Below are positions 39,838-52,427 of a stretch of 64,000 bases of DNA, in pieces. A program made the position numbers and the translations under genes. The notes beneath the pieces were generated by a model. It had not been told where the DNA came from. It made no database searches and worked only from the letters and a program-made list of their open reading frames with translations. How positions within the stretch are numbered: position 1 is the stretch's first letter; each line of letters begins with the position of its first letter. The stretch is from Chiloscyllium plagiosum. Lineage: Eukaryota. Location of the stretch: the NCBI RefSeq assembly GCF_004010195.1, contig NC_057747.1:13712747-13776746 (forward strand). The letters are read 5' to 3'.

Positions 39838-40064
39838 CAAAACTCCTGGTGCATTGCATTCTTGGGATGAGCAGATCAGCCTCCCTGGTACTGGCCTACC
39901 TTATGATTTATCACAACCGCTCACTGCTCGATGCAGTAAACCGACTCATTTTATACAGGCCTGTTTCACCCAACTGGGGATTTCTGGAACAATTACGCAA
40001 ATTGGATATAAAGCTAAATGAAGAGAAGAAACTACAGCTGACCAAAGATGCCACATTTTGCTGA
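39838..40064 (+). CDS. Gene 2 DUSP13-like paralog, coding exon 3 (catalytic loop)
   Basis: Acceptor tctttttctccacag|CA. Encodes [33 protein letters not shown]...VSPNWGFLEQL...TFC*. Spliced CDS is 615 nt = 204 aa. AATAAA at 40224. Confidence 0.92.
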
Positions 40065-40223
40065 GGGTCAATCAGTTGCTGCGTCTTGGTCAAAGTTTGA
40101 AATGTTTCTTATCAGTGGAGGGATACTTCAATCCTTTCAGGCAGTTTACAGACTGAAGTAATGCAATAGCTTACTCCAACAATATTATTTGCATCCCTTT
40201 GCACTGTGAATGAGGTTGCCTAC

Positions 40224-40229
40224 AATAAA
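40224..40229 (+). terminator. Candidate polyadenylation signal, gene 2
   Basis: AATAAA 160 nt after the stop codon. Confidence 0.45.
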
Positions 40230-40259
40230 GAGATCATATGGTCCCTCTGACCTATCATT

Positions 40260-40735
40260 GAGTCATAGAGATGTACAGCACAGAAACAGATCCTTTGGTC
40301 CAACTTGTCCATGCCGGCCAGATATCCCAACCCAATCTTGTCCCACTTGCCAGCACCAGGCCCATATCCATCTTAACCCTTCCTATTCATATACCCCTCC
40401 AAACTTCTTTTAAATGTTGCAATTGTACTATCCCCCACCACTTCCTCTGGCAGCTCATTCCACACACACACCACCCACTGCTTGAAAATGTTGCCCCGTA
40501 GGTCTCTTTTTTATCTTTCCCCTCTCATCCTAAACCTATGCCCTCCAGTTCTGGACTCCCCCACCCCAGGGAAAAGACTTTGTCTATTTATCCTATCCAT
40601 GCCCTTCATGATTTTATAAACCTCTATAAAGTCACCCCTCAGCATCCCATGGTCGAGGGAAAACAGCCTCAGCCTATTCAACCTCTCCCATAGCTCAAAT
40701 CCTCCAACCCTGGCAACATCTTTGCAAATCTTTCC
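40260..40735 (-). mobile_element. CR1 3' end
   Basis: Same tail as at 10446 (gagtcatagagatgtacagc...), with LFSL..RGD.IEVYKIM. Confidence 0.85.
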
Positions 40736-42596
40736 TTTTGAAATATGCATTGATCCACAATGCTAGCAGCTCTTATTTCTTATTCCCTGACACCGAACAG
40801 AGTCCACCAGGAAATGATACACAGCTCTACAACTAACTAGACAACATTTGGATCCTGATTTCAGGCTTTCTTCAATTCAAAGTGAGAATTGACTGCAGTA
40901 ACTTGTCTGATTGTTTCTTCTTCACTACTGGACTTCAGAACCACCCCGTAATATCCATTTGGGGCAAAGGGTTAAGAGATGGTTGTGTTTTTTTTAAACA
41001 ATCAAAATTGAAATCCAATTTATTGTCAATTATTCTGTGTGTAGTGACACCACAATATTAAAGAAAGGGTCAGAAATGAGGGAATAATTGCACTATTTGG
41101 ATAGCAGCTACCATTAATCTAAGTGAATGGACATATTGTTTATTAAGAAAATCTGTCTGAAGAATAGTTTGTGATTTTACATCACAATACTTTCTCTAAT
41201 TCTAACTCTTCCATAATATTTAAGACTTTGAAAAATTGTTTGTAACTCACAACATAACAGAATAAAGAATATCATTCTGTCAGTTGTTTGTTGTGCCTTT
41301 ATTATGAAAATGAGGTATCTCTTCTGCCTCTGTGTGATCCATGAAGAAAGTTTTTCTAACACTTTTTTTCTCCCCATCTTCTAACATAATGGAACTTTGA
41401 AGAAATGCAATGGGAGGGAATTGTTAAATCTCCCCAGTACTTGCCAGCCTGGGGTAATCAGCCATTGGCCACCCTTTCTGGCAGTAACCCAGGCTGACAT
41501 CTGGCAGCAATCTGAGAAGTTGCGCGGTTTAGGAGGTGACATTGCACACAGACACCGAGTCATATGTTTTGCTGATAGGGGAGAAGGGCACAGAGCATCG
41601 CTTAGTAACTGGGGAATGGAGTAGGGACAGGAAGGAAGAGCCGTGAAACAAATTCACAGTAAGAATTAAAGACGGTAAGTTCCACAAACTGCATAATGGG
41701 GAGAGAGACAATGCTCATATCAGCTTAACAGTTTTTGTTGGCTCAGAGGAATGGTTCAGAAGCTGACAGTTATATTTACTCGAACAAACGTTTGATAGTC
41801 TGCAGCTAGGAATCTAAGTACAGTTCATCTTTTCCAAGTTTGGCCAAAGGCTGCTCCTTGTTATTGCTCTTAACAGGCAATGAGTTAAATTATCTTTTGA
41901 TAGACAGTCATTGTTGCTAAATGGTCAAATCTGGCAGTTAACGTGTGGCACTACAAAAAAAAGAAAGTAAGTTAGTAAACGCTGAGTGGTGCATGGTTTA
42001 ATGTAATGATGGGCTATCACAAGGCATTAGAATACAGATTTCTATCTCATGGACGTCTAGACATAATTGGGCCATCAACGGATGATAGTTCACTGGACAA
42101 GAAGTAATATAAAAGTTAATGTCTGCATATTCAACCAAATAAACACAGAACATATCTGCAGGCAGAGAAGAAAGTAACTCCAATATTTCAGTAATTTTAT
42201 TAGCTGTTTAACCACCCTAAATGCATGATAGAGTTTAAAGAAAATGACTGATATAATCAAGTAGTCAGTTTGGTAAACTTTATTAATAGACAGATAACTG
42301 GTAAGGTTTCCACAAATTCTCCTTTGATACATTTTAATATTGCTCAAACTTTACTCAATGGAAAGGCCTGGAAAAATGAGCATTGATTCCTAGTGGTGGG
42401 TTTATTTTATACGTGTGGAATAAAGTAAGGATGGGGATTGCTGCAACTGACTACAGTTACATGTATTGGCTTGAAAAGTTGAACACGCAGTAAATAGAAG
42501 CCAGTTGTAGTTAAGAAATTTTGCAATGTAGTTTGAGGATGCATCTCTGAAGTTACACTCTTGGTCTTCTCTGATGATGGGTAGATGTTCTGTTCT

Positions 42597-42720
42597 TAAA
42601 AATGTGTTGCTGGAAAAGCGCAGCGGTCAGGCAGCATCAAAGGAGCAGGAGAATTGATGTTTCGGGCATAAGCCCTTCTTCAGGCTCTGATCTCCAGCAT
42701 CTGCAGTCCTCACTTTCTCC
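42597..42720. mobile_element. Family A Penelope-derived insertion
   Basis: 15-bp TSD tagatgttctgttct at 42582-42596 and 42721-42735. Confidence 0.78.
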
Positions 42721-42854
42721 TAGATGTTCTGTTCTGACAAGTACCTGCCCAGCTTTCAATGAAGGTGTTCCATCAAGAGGATTCATATTTGCAGACAGAG
42801 CAACTCAACTATTAGGGTACCATATCCAGCAAGAGATGCTTCTTGGAGAACAAG

Positions 42855-43150
42855 ATTAGATTCCCTACAGTGTGGAAACAGACCCTTCGGTCCAACAAGT
42901 CCACACCGACCCTCCGAAGAGTAAACCATCCAGTCCTATTTCCCCCTGACTAATGCACCTAACACTATGGGCAATTTAGCATGGCCAATTCACCTGACCT
43001 GACTGTGGGAGGAAACCGGAGGACCCGGAGGAAACCCACGCAGACACGGGGAGAACGTGCAAACTCCACACGGTCACCCGAGGCTGGAATCAAACCTGGG
43101 ATCCTGGTGCTGTGAGGCAGCAGTGCTAACCACTGAGCCACCATGCCGCC
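42855..43150 (-). mobile_element. V-SINE (HE1-like)
   Basis: Reverse complement of the 50467 family. Confidence 0.82.
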
Positions 43151-43899
43151 AAACAACATTAAATGTCTGTTCAAAAACAAAAACCCAGCAGGTCTGGCCA
43201 CATCTGTGGAGAGAAAGCTGAGTTAATGTTTCGGGTCCAGTGACCCTTCTTCAGGACCTGGAGCCGAAATGTTAAAACTGCTGACCTGCTGAGTTTTTCC
43301 AACAATTTTTGTTTTTGTTTCTGACTTCCAACATCTGCAGTTCTTTGATTTTTCTTGTTAAAGTTCTGTTCAACGGTTTCCACAATAATGAATGTACTTT
43401 AATAACAAACGTTGCATGAACTAAATAATCTGATATTGATAGTTTAATTCATTAAGAACTGGGGAACCTTGTTCACACAAAGGATCTAAACATAAGGCTA
43501 TAGGTTCATGTCCTCATTGATCTTCAAGGTAGTGAAAGGTCAAGACAAATGGATTTGACCTCATTATGCTTTAATTACCATTACTGCTACCCAATAGTAG
43601 GGCAACAATGGCAGACATGATGGAATACCTTGTATCCCAGCTTGTCTCTTTTTTCCATTTGTGGGTGTGAATGACTGAGAAAGAGGAAAAACATGAAAGA
43701 AATAGAGCTCAGGCTGAAATAAAGGAACTTGATGCAGACTTTTCTGCTGGCCTGCATGAATCAAATACTATGTCAGAAGCTGGATCATTGTCCATATAAA
43801 TAAGGCAGTAAGGTATTAAAAGATGTGAAAAATCCTTTGGGTCAAGACTTGCTCCAGTGGAGAGAGAAGCCTCTGTGTGGTGAGAGCGTTTTAGGGTAG

Positions 43900-44250
43900 A
43901 ATCTTAGAATCCCTACAGTGTGGAAACAGGCCATTCGGCCCATTGAGTCCACACCGACTGTCTGAAGAGCATTCCACCCAGACTCAGCTCCTGATCCTAT
44001 CTCCATAACCCTGCATTTATCACAGCTGATCCACCCCACCTTCACACCCCTGGACACTATGGGCAATTTAGCATGGCCAATTCTCCTAGCCTGCACATCT
44101 TTGGACTGTGGGAGGAAAACAGAGCACCTGGAGGAAACCCACACAGATACAGGGAGAATGTGCAAACTCCACACTGTCGCCTGAGGGTGGAATTGAACCC
44201 AGATCCCTGGTGCTGTGAGGCAGCAGTGCTAATACTTGAGCCACCGACCA
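43900..44250 (-). mobile_element. V-SINE (HE1-like)
   Basis: Reverse complement of the 50467 family. Confidence 0.8.
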
Positions 44251-45704
44251 GTTGGGTACAGCACAACTATAGCTCCTGCCACAGACTAAGATGACACGAT
44301 CTCAAAATAAAATCAAGGTCACTGTGGACTGATATTAGGAAAAGTATTTTTGATACAAAAAGCAATGGAAATCTGGAACTCTGTCCCCCAAAAGGCGAGG
44401 AAGGATGCTGAGTGAACTGAATTTCCAAGACCAAGATTGGTGGATATATGTTAGATACAGGAATCAAAGGTTACGAAACAAAGATGTGGGAATAGAGATT
44501 AGGTGTAGGTCAGCTGTTTATATTAGGAAGTGGCAAAACCAGCTCAATGGCTAACTCTTGTCTTTATGTTCTGTCTTATGACAGAAGCCAGACCTGATAG
44601 GGTCGGAGAATTGATAAAGCAGAATTGGTGCACAATTGTGAACTTAGAAAAGGGCAAATAAAATGTTTTACTAATTACTGCTTGCTAATTAACAAAGTCA
44701 ATTCAAAACCAGGATGAGTGTTACTCTGGTCACACAACACTAGCACGCAGTGGAATAGGAATTACCTTTGCCATAGTTGGTAGTGCCCTAACAGTACGGT
44801 GGTCACTGCTAGGATTACAGCCAGATCCCAACGAGGTGGACGTTATGGAAGTTACACTGAAGCTAATAGATAAGAAACACTGGGCGTTGGGGGTGGGGAG
44901 TTTGACTTCAATGGAAGCAGACAACCTACCAGAGGAAGGCCCTACTCCCTGTTCTTCTTTCAACCAGTAAAATCTGTCAGGCTATCCCACTAGGCAGATA
45001 AAATAATAGAGGAAGTTGGCTCAAGGCCAGTAATTTTCGACTTCAGGGTCTCTTAAGCTCCAGGGAGGATCTCAGTGCCTCCACCCCTCAGTAAAAGGGA
45101 AGATGTCAGAGTGAGCAGACCCAGTTCTGAAGAAGAATCACTGAACTCGAAATATTAACTCTAATTTTTCTCTCCACAAATGCGGCCAGACCTGATGAGT
45201 TTCTCCAGCGATTTCTACTTTTGGGCAGGCCATATGCTGCATTTAGTAAGCCACTTCCCACTCATGCCTTCAAACTCACCAGCAGATTTTGAGATTTTAA
45301 AATCCAGCCCCTTATATCCCTGGGTTTTACAATGTTCACACAGTGTGGGATATCCAAAGGATGAATGGTAAATATCCACAGACTGTCAGCAAAGGACTCC
45401 CAAAACTTTAGCCCAAAATATTTAACACCCTGACTATTTAGCCTTAATCAAGGGGATGCATCAATAAGAAAACTGAGAGTCTGATTCTGCAGTGACACAT
45501 CTGTCGCAGAATTTGCACAGCAAATTTAAAACAAATTATAGTAAGTTAAAAATACGAGTTCTCTCAAACTGACTCAACTGACTCAATCAGTTTCTAGCCT
45601 GAATACAATCATTATGCTTTAAAAACAGTGAAAAGAAGAGTTGATAGCAACACATATGTACAACTTCTAAAAAGAATAATCATAATAAACCTTGCGTTTC
45701 AGAA

Positions 45705-45856
45705 ATGGACACACTTGTATCACGGTCTGGTTTAACACGGAGGAAGAAGGAATATGAGCCTCCGACTATATCAGAGCTCAACCGGCTTCTGTGGACCAAA
45801 CCAGGAGGAAGTGGCCATGTGGATCATGTTTGGCCAAACCTACACCTGGGAGATGC
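45705..45856 (+). CDS. DUSP13B: Gene 3 (DUSP13B/TMDP-like), coding exon 1
   Basis: Encodes MDTLVSRSGLTRRKKEYEPPTISELNRLLWTKPGGSGHVDHVWPNLHLGD, resembling human DUSP13B (MDSL...YQPPTLASLQRLLW...HIDEVWPSLFLGDA). The exon ends GC|gtaaga (phase 2). An acceptor-like cttgcgtttcag lies 2 nt before the ATG. Confidence 0.87.
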
Positions 45857-46486
45857 GTAAGAACACTGCCTGAAAAAAATTACTCAACTAACAGCCTTTG
45901 TTGCATTGTAAAATGGAGGGTGGGTTTTAAAAAAGAGCAGTAAGCCAGTGGGAATAGGCTCCAGTGAGTTTATTTCTTATTCAACAGACAGTCTGATGAT
46001 TTCAACCATTTGGACTCATTGACATTAAATTACCAACAAGGGTTAATGGGGTGGCCCAAGCCTCTCAGTGATTGTAGGTAGTTGCTGCATAGCAGGGACT
46101 ACGGACAGAAAGGTGAGAGCTGGGGGTGTTAGGAGACTGGGGCAGGTGTCATTCCCTGTAGGGTCAGCATTGTGCTCCTCCGGGCCCCAATATAGGAGGG
46201 TTGAAACCTGCCTCCCAGGCTGGAGGCCTTATGTCATTGTTGTCTCCAGTGGCAGGTTAAGGCTGAATGTAATGATCAAGCTCTCACTAGCTTTAACAGA
46301 ATCACAGAATTATCACAGGGCACAAGGAGGCCATTTGGTCCACTGTGACTGTGCTGTATTTGAATGAATGTCCCACTTAGTGTCATTCTCCTTTGCTCTG
46401 TAACCCTGCACTTAGTTCCTTTTCAATAACAGTCTAACTTCCTTTTGAACACATTGACCTTTCTCCACCACACTTTAGGTGACTAT

Positions 46487-47462
46487 TTAAAGTACCCACA
46501 CAACCTTCATCTGTTAAAGTACCCACACAACCGTCATCTATTAAAGCACCCACACAACCTTCATCTGTTAAAGTACCCACACAACCTTCATCTGTTAAAG
46601 TACCCACACACACTTCATCTGTTAAAGTACCCACACAACCTTCAACTGTTAAAGTACCCACACACCCTTCATCTGTTAAAGTACCCACACAACCTTCATC
46701 TGTTAAAGCACCCACACAACCTTCATCTGTTAAAGCACCCACACAACCTTCATCTATTAAAGTACCCACACAACCTTCATCTATTAAAGTACCCACACAA
46801 CCTTCATCTATTAAAGTACCCACACAACCTTCATCTATTAAAGTACCCACACAACCTTCATCTATTAAAGTACCCACACAACCTTCATCTATTAAAGTAC
46901 CCACACAACCTTCATCTATTAAAGTACCCACACAACCTTCATCTATTAAAGTACCCACACAACCTTCATCTATTAAAGTACCCACACAACCTTCATCTAT
47001 TAAAGTACCCACACAACCTTCATCTATTAAAGTACCCACACAACCTTCATCTATTAAAGTACCCACACAACCTTCATCTATTAAAGTACCCACACAACCT
47101 TCATCTATTAAAGTACCCACACAACCTTCATCTATTAAAGTACCCACACAACCTTCATCTATTAAAGTACCCACACAACCTTCATCTATTAAAGTACCCA
47201 CACAACCTTCATCTATTAAAGTACCCACACAACCTTCATCTATTAAAGTACCCACACAACCTTCATCTATTAAAGTACCCACACAACCTTCATCTGTTAA
47301 AGTACCCACACAACCTTCATCTGTTAAAGTACCCACACAACCTTCATCTGTTAAAGCACCCACACAACCTTCATCTGTTAAAGTACCCACACACCCTTCA
47401 TCTATTAAAGTACCCACACAACCTTCATCTGTTAAAGTACCCACACAACCTTTATCTGTTAA
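46487..47462. repeat. 27-bp minisatellite, about 36 copies
   Basis: Unit aaagtacccacacaaccttcatctRtt repeated head-to-tail with no spacers, in intron 1 of gene 3. Confidence 0.97.
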
Positions 47463-47564
47463 AACTGAAACTCGTGGTTAGTGGTCGTGGACAAGTAAGC
47501 AATCAGTTCACTCTAGCTACTCACCAGAATAGTATAAATGTTCATTGAAGTGTTACGGATACTT

Positions 47565-48005
47565 GCAGGAGGATTTGAGCTATAGGAAGAGGCTGAACAG
47601 ACTGCGGCTGTTTTCCCTGAAGCATCGGAGGCTGAGGGGTGACCTTATAGTTGTTTACAAAATTATGAGGGTCATGGATAGGGTAAATAGGCAAACTCTT
47701 TTCCCTGGGGTCGGGGAGTCTAGAACTAGAGGGCATAGATTTAGGGTGAGAGTAGAAAGACCTACGGGACAACATTTTTACGCAGTGAGTGTTACGAATA
47801 TGGAATGAGCTGCCAGAGGAAGTGGTGGAGGCTGGTACAATTGCAACATTTAAGAGGCATTTGGATGGGTATATGAATAGGAAGCGTTTGGAGGCATATG
47901 GGCCGGGTACTGGCAGGTGGGACTAGATTGGGTTGGGATATCTGGTCGGCATGGACGGGTTGGACCAAAGGGTCTGTTTCCATGCTGTACATCTCTATGA
48001 CTCTA
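47565..48005 (+). mobile_element. CR1 3' end
   Basis: LSYRKRLNRLRLFSL...RTRGH followed by a ctctatga tail. Confidence 0.85.
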
Positions 48006-48126
48006 TATTATTTTCATTTTATAACTTCATTTTAGCTCAGGTGCATGGAGTTGGTACCATGTTCTACAGAAACTATGGGCTTAAAGCACATCTACCACTG
48101 TATTGGCTCAGGCAATATTCAGGGCT

Positions 48127-48284
48127 AAGGTTAGAGTGGTGCTGGAAAAGCCCATCCTGATGAACGGCTCCTGCCTGAATCATCGATTTTCCTGCTCCTC
48201 AGATGTTGCCTGACCTGCTGTGCTTTTCCAGAACCACTCTAATCTTGACTCTAAGCTCCAGCAATTGCAGTCCTCACTTTCACC
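48127..48284. mobile_element. Family A Penelope-derived insertion with a degenerate core
   Basis: 14-bp TSD caatattcagggct at 48113-48126 and 48285-48298. Confidence 0.75.
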
Positions 48285-48668
48285 CAATATTCAGGGCTGC
48301 CTTAAATGGGTGTGGACCTTTGCTAAAAAAAGGTGGTAAAGTAGACTAGTTTATCAGTAGAAGACAAGGCAAGTACATTGTTCTCTCAGTGCATGTGTGG
48401 GGTGGTGGCAGTGATTAGTATTGGCTCTCCATGACTATGAACAATGAGAATCTGAACATCAAGACCCTACCGGAGACCTCTGTCAGTATCAGGGCTGGAA
48501 GTGGAGACTCAACTGGTGATCTGCACTGAGACATGAGCTGTGAGGTGGCCTGTTTCAGCAAATTTTGGGTTAATGTCTGTGTGCATGTGAGGGCAGTGAA
48601 ATTTCCAATCATCATTGCCATAACCAGATGCTGTAGCCAGCTTTAAATAATTATTTAATGTTCTCCAG

Positions 48669-48889
48669 GTGGACTGCTCGAGACAAGGGAACCCTAAGGA
48701 GACTGAGGATTACACATGTCCTCAATGCTGCTGATGGGAAGTACAATATTAACACTGGAGCCACATATTATAAGGACATGGGAATACATTACTATGGAGT
48801 AGAGGCATTTGATGACCCAAACTTCAATCTTAGTCCTTTCTTTTACCCAGCTGCTAAATTCATCAGAGCTGGACTAAACACACTTGGTG
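48669..48889 (+). CDS. DUSP13B: Gene 3 DUSP13B-like, coding exon 2
   Basis: Acceptor ttctccag|G and donor GGTG|gtaagt; 221 bp. Encodes [69 protein letters not shown]. Confidence 0.92.
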
Positions 48890-48987
48890 GTAAGTGAATG
48901 TCCAAGGTAATTTGAAAATAAAGTCACGTCTATCGTTTCAAGTGGTTGCTTCCCTAGCTGCCTTACAGATTTCATCATATTTCCAAA

Positions 48988-49333
48988 TAGAGTCATAGAG
49001 ATGTACAGCATGGAAACAGACCCTTCGGTCCAACCTGTCCATGCCGACCAGATATCCCAACCCAATCTAGTCCCACCTGCCAGTACCCGGCCCATATCCC
49101 TCCAAACCCTTCCTATTCATATACTTATCCAAATGCCTCTTAAATGTTGCAATTGTACCAGCCTCCACCACATCCTCTGGCAGCTCATTCCATACACGTA
49201 CCACCCTCTGCGTGAAAAAGTTGCCCCTTAGGTCTCTTTTATATCTTTCCCCTCTTACCCTAAATCTATGCCCTCTAGTTCTGGACTCCCTGACCCCAGG
49301 GAAAAGAGTTTGCCTATTTACCCTATCCATGCC
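48988..49333 (-). mobile_element. CR1 3' end
   Basis: RTRGHRFRVRGERYKRDLRGNFFTQRVVRVWNELP; near-identical inverted partner of 47565-48005. Confidence 0.87.
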
Positions 49334-49524
49334 CCAATGCAGTGGGATAAATAAAAAAAGAGGGAATATTTTAGGTCCCTTGGAAGAAGTGGTCCTTTTC
49401 ATATCTGGAACCAAGTTGGAATTTTACTGGGTATGAGCAGACTGAGAGCTCTCTGTGTTTGTGGTGTGTTACACAAGTCCTGATTCTTTAGTGCAGCTGT
49501 GAATGTAGCCCACTGGAATACTTA

Positions 49525-49992
49525 GCTAAAAAAATGTGTTGCTGGAAAAGCGCAGCAGGTCAGGCAGCATCAAAGGAGCAGGAGAATCGATGTTTCGAGC
49601 ATAAGCCCTTCTTCAGGAATGAGGAAGGTGTGCCAAGCAGGCTAAGCTAAAAGGTAGGGAGGAGGGACTTGGGGGAGAGGCGTTGGGAATGCAATAGGTG
49701 GAAGGAGGTTAAGGTGAGGATGATAGGCCGGAGAGGGGTTGGGGGCGGAGAGGTCAGGAAGAAGATTGCAGGTCAAGAAGGCGGTGCTGAGTCCGAAGAT
49801 TGGGACTGAGAAAAAGTGGGGGGAGGGGAAAAGAGGAAGGTGGAGAAATCTCCCCAAGTCCCTCCTCCCCATCTTTTCTCTTAGCCTGATTGGCACACCT
49901 CCTCATTCCTGAAGAAGGGCTTATGCTCGAAATGTTTTTCCAGCAACACATTTTTCAGCTCTGATCTCCAGCATCTGCAGTCCTCACTTTCT
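49525..49992. mobile_element. Longer family A Penelope terminal-repeat insertion with an internal inversion
   Basis: 16-bp TSD cccactggaatactta at 49509-49524 and 49993-50008; inverted arms with two degenerate hammerhead cores. Confidence 0.8.
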
Positions 49993-50466
49993 CCCACTGG
50001 AATACTTATCCAGACAATTGTTCCCAGTCAAAAATAGAAATTGCTGGAAAAACTCAGCAGGTCTGGCAGCATCTGTGGAGAGAAATCAGAGTTAACATTT
50101 TGGGTCCAGTGACCCTTCTTCAGACAAAGGCTGCATTTATCTGAAACAGATCGTCTGTGTGTCAGAGTCCTTTTAAAGACCATATCAAATGGGAAATGCA
50201 AACCCCAGTTGTCCTGCCCAGATAGTCAACAACCAGTCAAATGTACATTGTCCCAAAGAGAACAATTATCCACGTAACACTCCATGGGCAAACTTTTGTC
50301 AGAATGTCCTTTGTGTTGGATTTCCTTTAAAAATTTGGATAAATACATGTCTATACTTATAGCCTCTACTTGCACCAATGTTTTGGAAACTTTTAACTAA
50401 ACTGTTTATTTGTGTGGTTTCCAAGGCCATTGGATGATATTTGTTATCCTTTTCCAATAAGTGTCT

Positions 50467-50788
50467 GGGCGGCACGGTAGCACAGTGGTTAGCACTGCTG
50501 CCTCACAGCGCCAGAGACCCGAGTTCAATTCCCGCCTCGGGCGACTGACTGTGTGGAGTTTGCACGTTCTCCCCGTGTCTGCGTGGGTTTCCTCTGGGTG
50601 CTCCGGTTTCCTCCCACCATCCAAAGATGTGCAGGTCAGGTGAATTGGCCATGCTAAATTGGCCGTAGTGTTAGGTAAGGGGTAAATGTAGGGGTATGGG
50701 TGGGTTGCGCTTCGACGGGGCGGTGTGGACTTGTTGGGCCGAAGGGCCTGTTTCCACACTGTAAGTAATCTACTCTAATCTAAAAAAA
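50467..50788 (+). mobile_element. tRNA-derived V-SINE (HE1-like), near full length
   Basis: tRNA-like head with A box (TAGCACAGTGG) and B box (GTTCAATTC), V-domain tgtggagtttgcacgttctccccgtg...ggtttcctcc, CR1-like 3' end and (taatc)n tail. Confidence 0.88.
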
Positions 50789-51287
50789 CCCTGTTGTACT
50801 TCATTAGATCTTGAATATTAGCATATGTAGCACCACTGAAAAGGACGAACTTCATTTGGTACAGCTTACTGTGTTAGCAGGTAGAAAATGAGGCCAGCAA
50901 TTCCCAGAATTGTCATAGAAGTTAGACTTCAGAAAAGTATGCAAAATTTCACAACTTACCTGCCTGTTAGACCCAGGTTGATAGGAAGCACAGACCAGTA
51001 CTTAGCAAGAATTACTATTTATTGCAATGAATTGTTTCTAGCTCCAGGTTATGAATCATTGATATATTACTCTACTAATGAAAGTTCTAATCCCTTTACA
51101 AAATACTCCCCGACACACACACACACACACACAATGATGTTATAGGTAAGGGAAAGACCAGGAAGGCAGTTCAATGGTCCCTATACATCTAATTTGCTGA
51201 GGTAATCTGTTTGGCTTGTCAGGACCTGCTGCTCTTCAACCAACCAGTGGGAGAGTTTGCCCCGATACCCATCGATTCTAGTTTAAC

Positions 51288-52355
51288 TTAGATCACATAG
51301 GATCCAGGGAGAGCTAGCCAACTGGATACATTGGCTTGATTGTAGGAGACAGAGGGTGGTGGAAGAGGGTTGTTTTTTAGGACTGGAGTCCTGTGACCAG
51401 GGGTGTTCTGCAGAGATTGGTGCTGGGTCCACTGTTGTTTGTCATTTATATAGTGATTGGGATGAGAATGTAGGAAGCATGGTTAGTAAGCTTGCAGATG
51501 ACACCAAAATTGGTGGCACCATGAACAGTGAAGAAGATTATCTTAGAGTATAATGGGATCTTGACCAGTTTGGCCAATGGGCTGAGGAGTGGCAGATGGT
51601 TTTTAATTTAGATAAATGTGAGGTATTGCATTTTGATCCGACAAACCAAGGCAGGACTTACACAATTAATGGTAGGGCCTTGGGGAGTGTTGTCCAACAG
51701 AGAGATCTAGGGGTTTAGGTACATAGCTGGACAGAGTGGTGAAGAAGGCATTTGGAACACTTGCCTCAATGGTCAGAGCCTTGAGTCTAGGAGTTAGGAT
51801 GTCACGTTACAGCTGTACATTGAGGCCATTTTTGGAGTACTGCGTACAGTTTTGGTCACCCTGCTACAGAAAGTACCCCATTACTTTTGAAAGGGAGCAG
51901 AAAAGATTTACAAGGCCATTACAGAGACTACATGGTTTGAGTTTTAAGGAGAGGCTGGAGGGGCTGGGACAGTTTTTCCTGCAGCATAAGAGGTTGAGGG
52001 GTAACCTTATAAGGTGAATAGTCAAGGTCTTTTCCGTAGGATGATGGAGTTCAAATCAAGAGGGCATATTTTTAAGGTGAGAGGAGAAAGATGTAAAAGG
52101 GACTTGAGGGGCAACATTTTCACACAGAGGGTGGTTCATGTGTGGAATGAACTGCCAGAGGAAGTGTAGATGAAGGTACAGTCACAACATTGAAAAGACA
52201 TTTAGACAGATACATGAATAGGAAACATTTAGGGCTGAATGGAAAGGAATGGGCCAAACACAGACAAAGGGGACTAGTTTAATTTGGGAAAACTGATCAG
52301 CATGGACAAGTTGGACCGAAGGGTCTGTTTCCATGCTGTGTAACTATGACTCTCT
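51288..52355 (+). mobile_element. CR1 RT and 3' end
   Basis: KLADDTK and LEYCVQFWSP motifs with the CR1 tail. Confidence 0.85.
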
Positions 52356-52427
52356 GAAAGGTTATTCATTTGTTAATCTATCCTTGAATGTGAAATCTTG
52401 TCAAATGTAGACTGAGTGATTGTATCA

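Noticed and set aside
40050-40064. C-terminal prenylation signal in gene 2 (...ATFC)
   Set aside because: The Cys is terminal, so it is not a CaaX, CC or CxC motif.
46434-47548. The 336-aa and 367-aa ORFs as genes, or the array as a CRISPR
   Set aside because: They are translations of a 27-bp tandem repeat. There are no unique spacers and no cas genes, and the context is a eukaryotic intron.
50467-50540. tRNA gene
   Set aside because: The A and B boxes continue directly into the V-domain and a LINE-like tail, so this is a SINE head; the same applies to the other copies.
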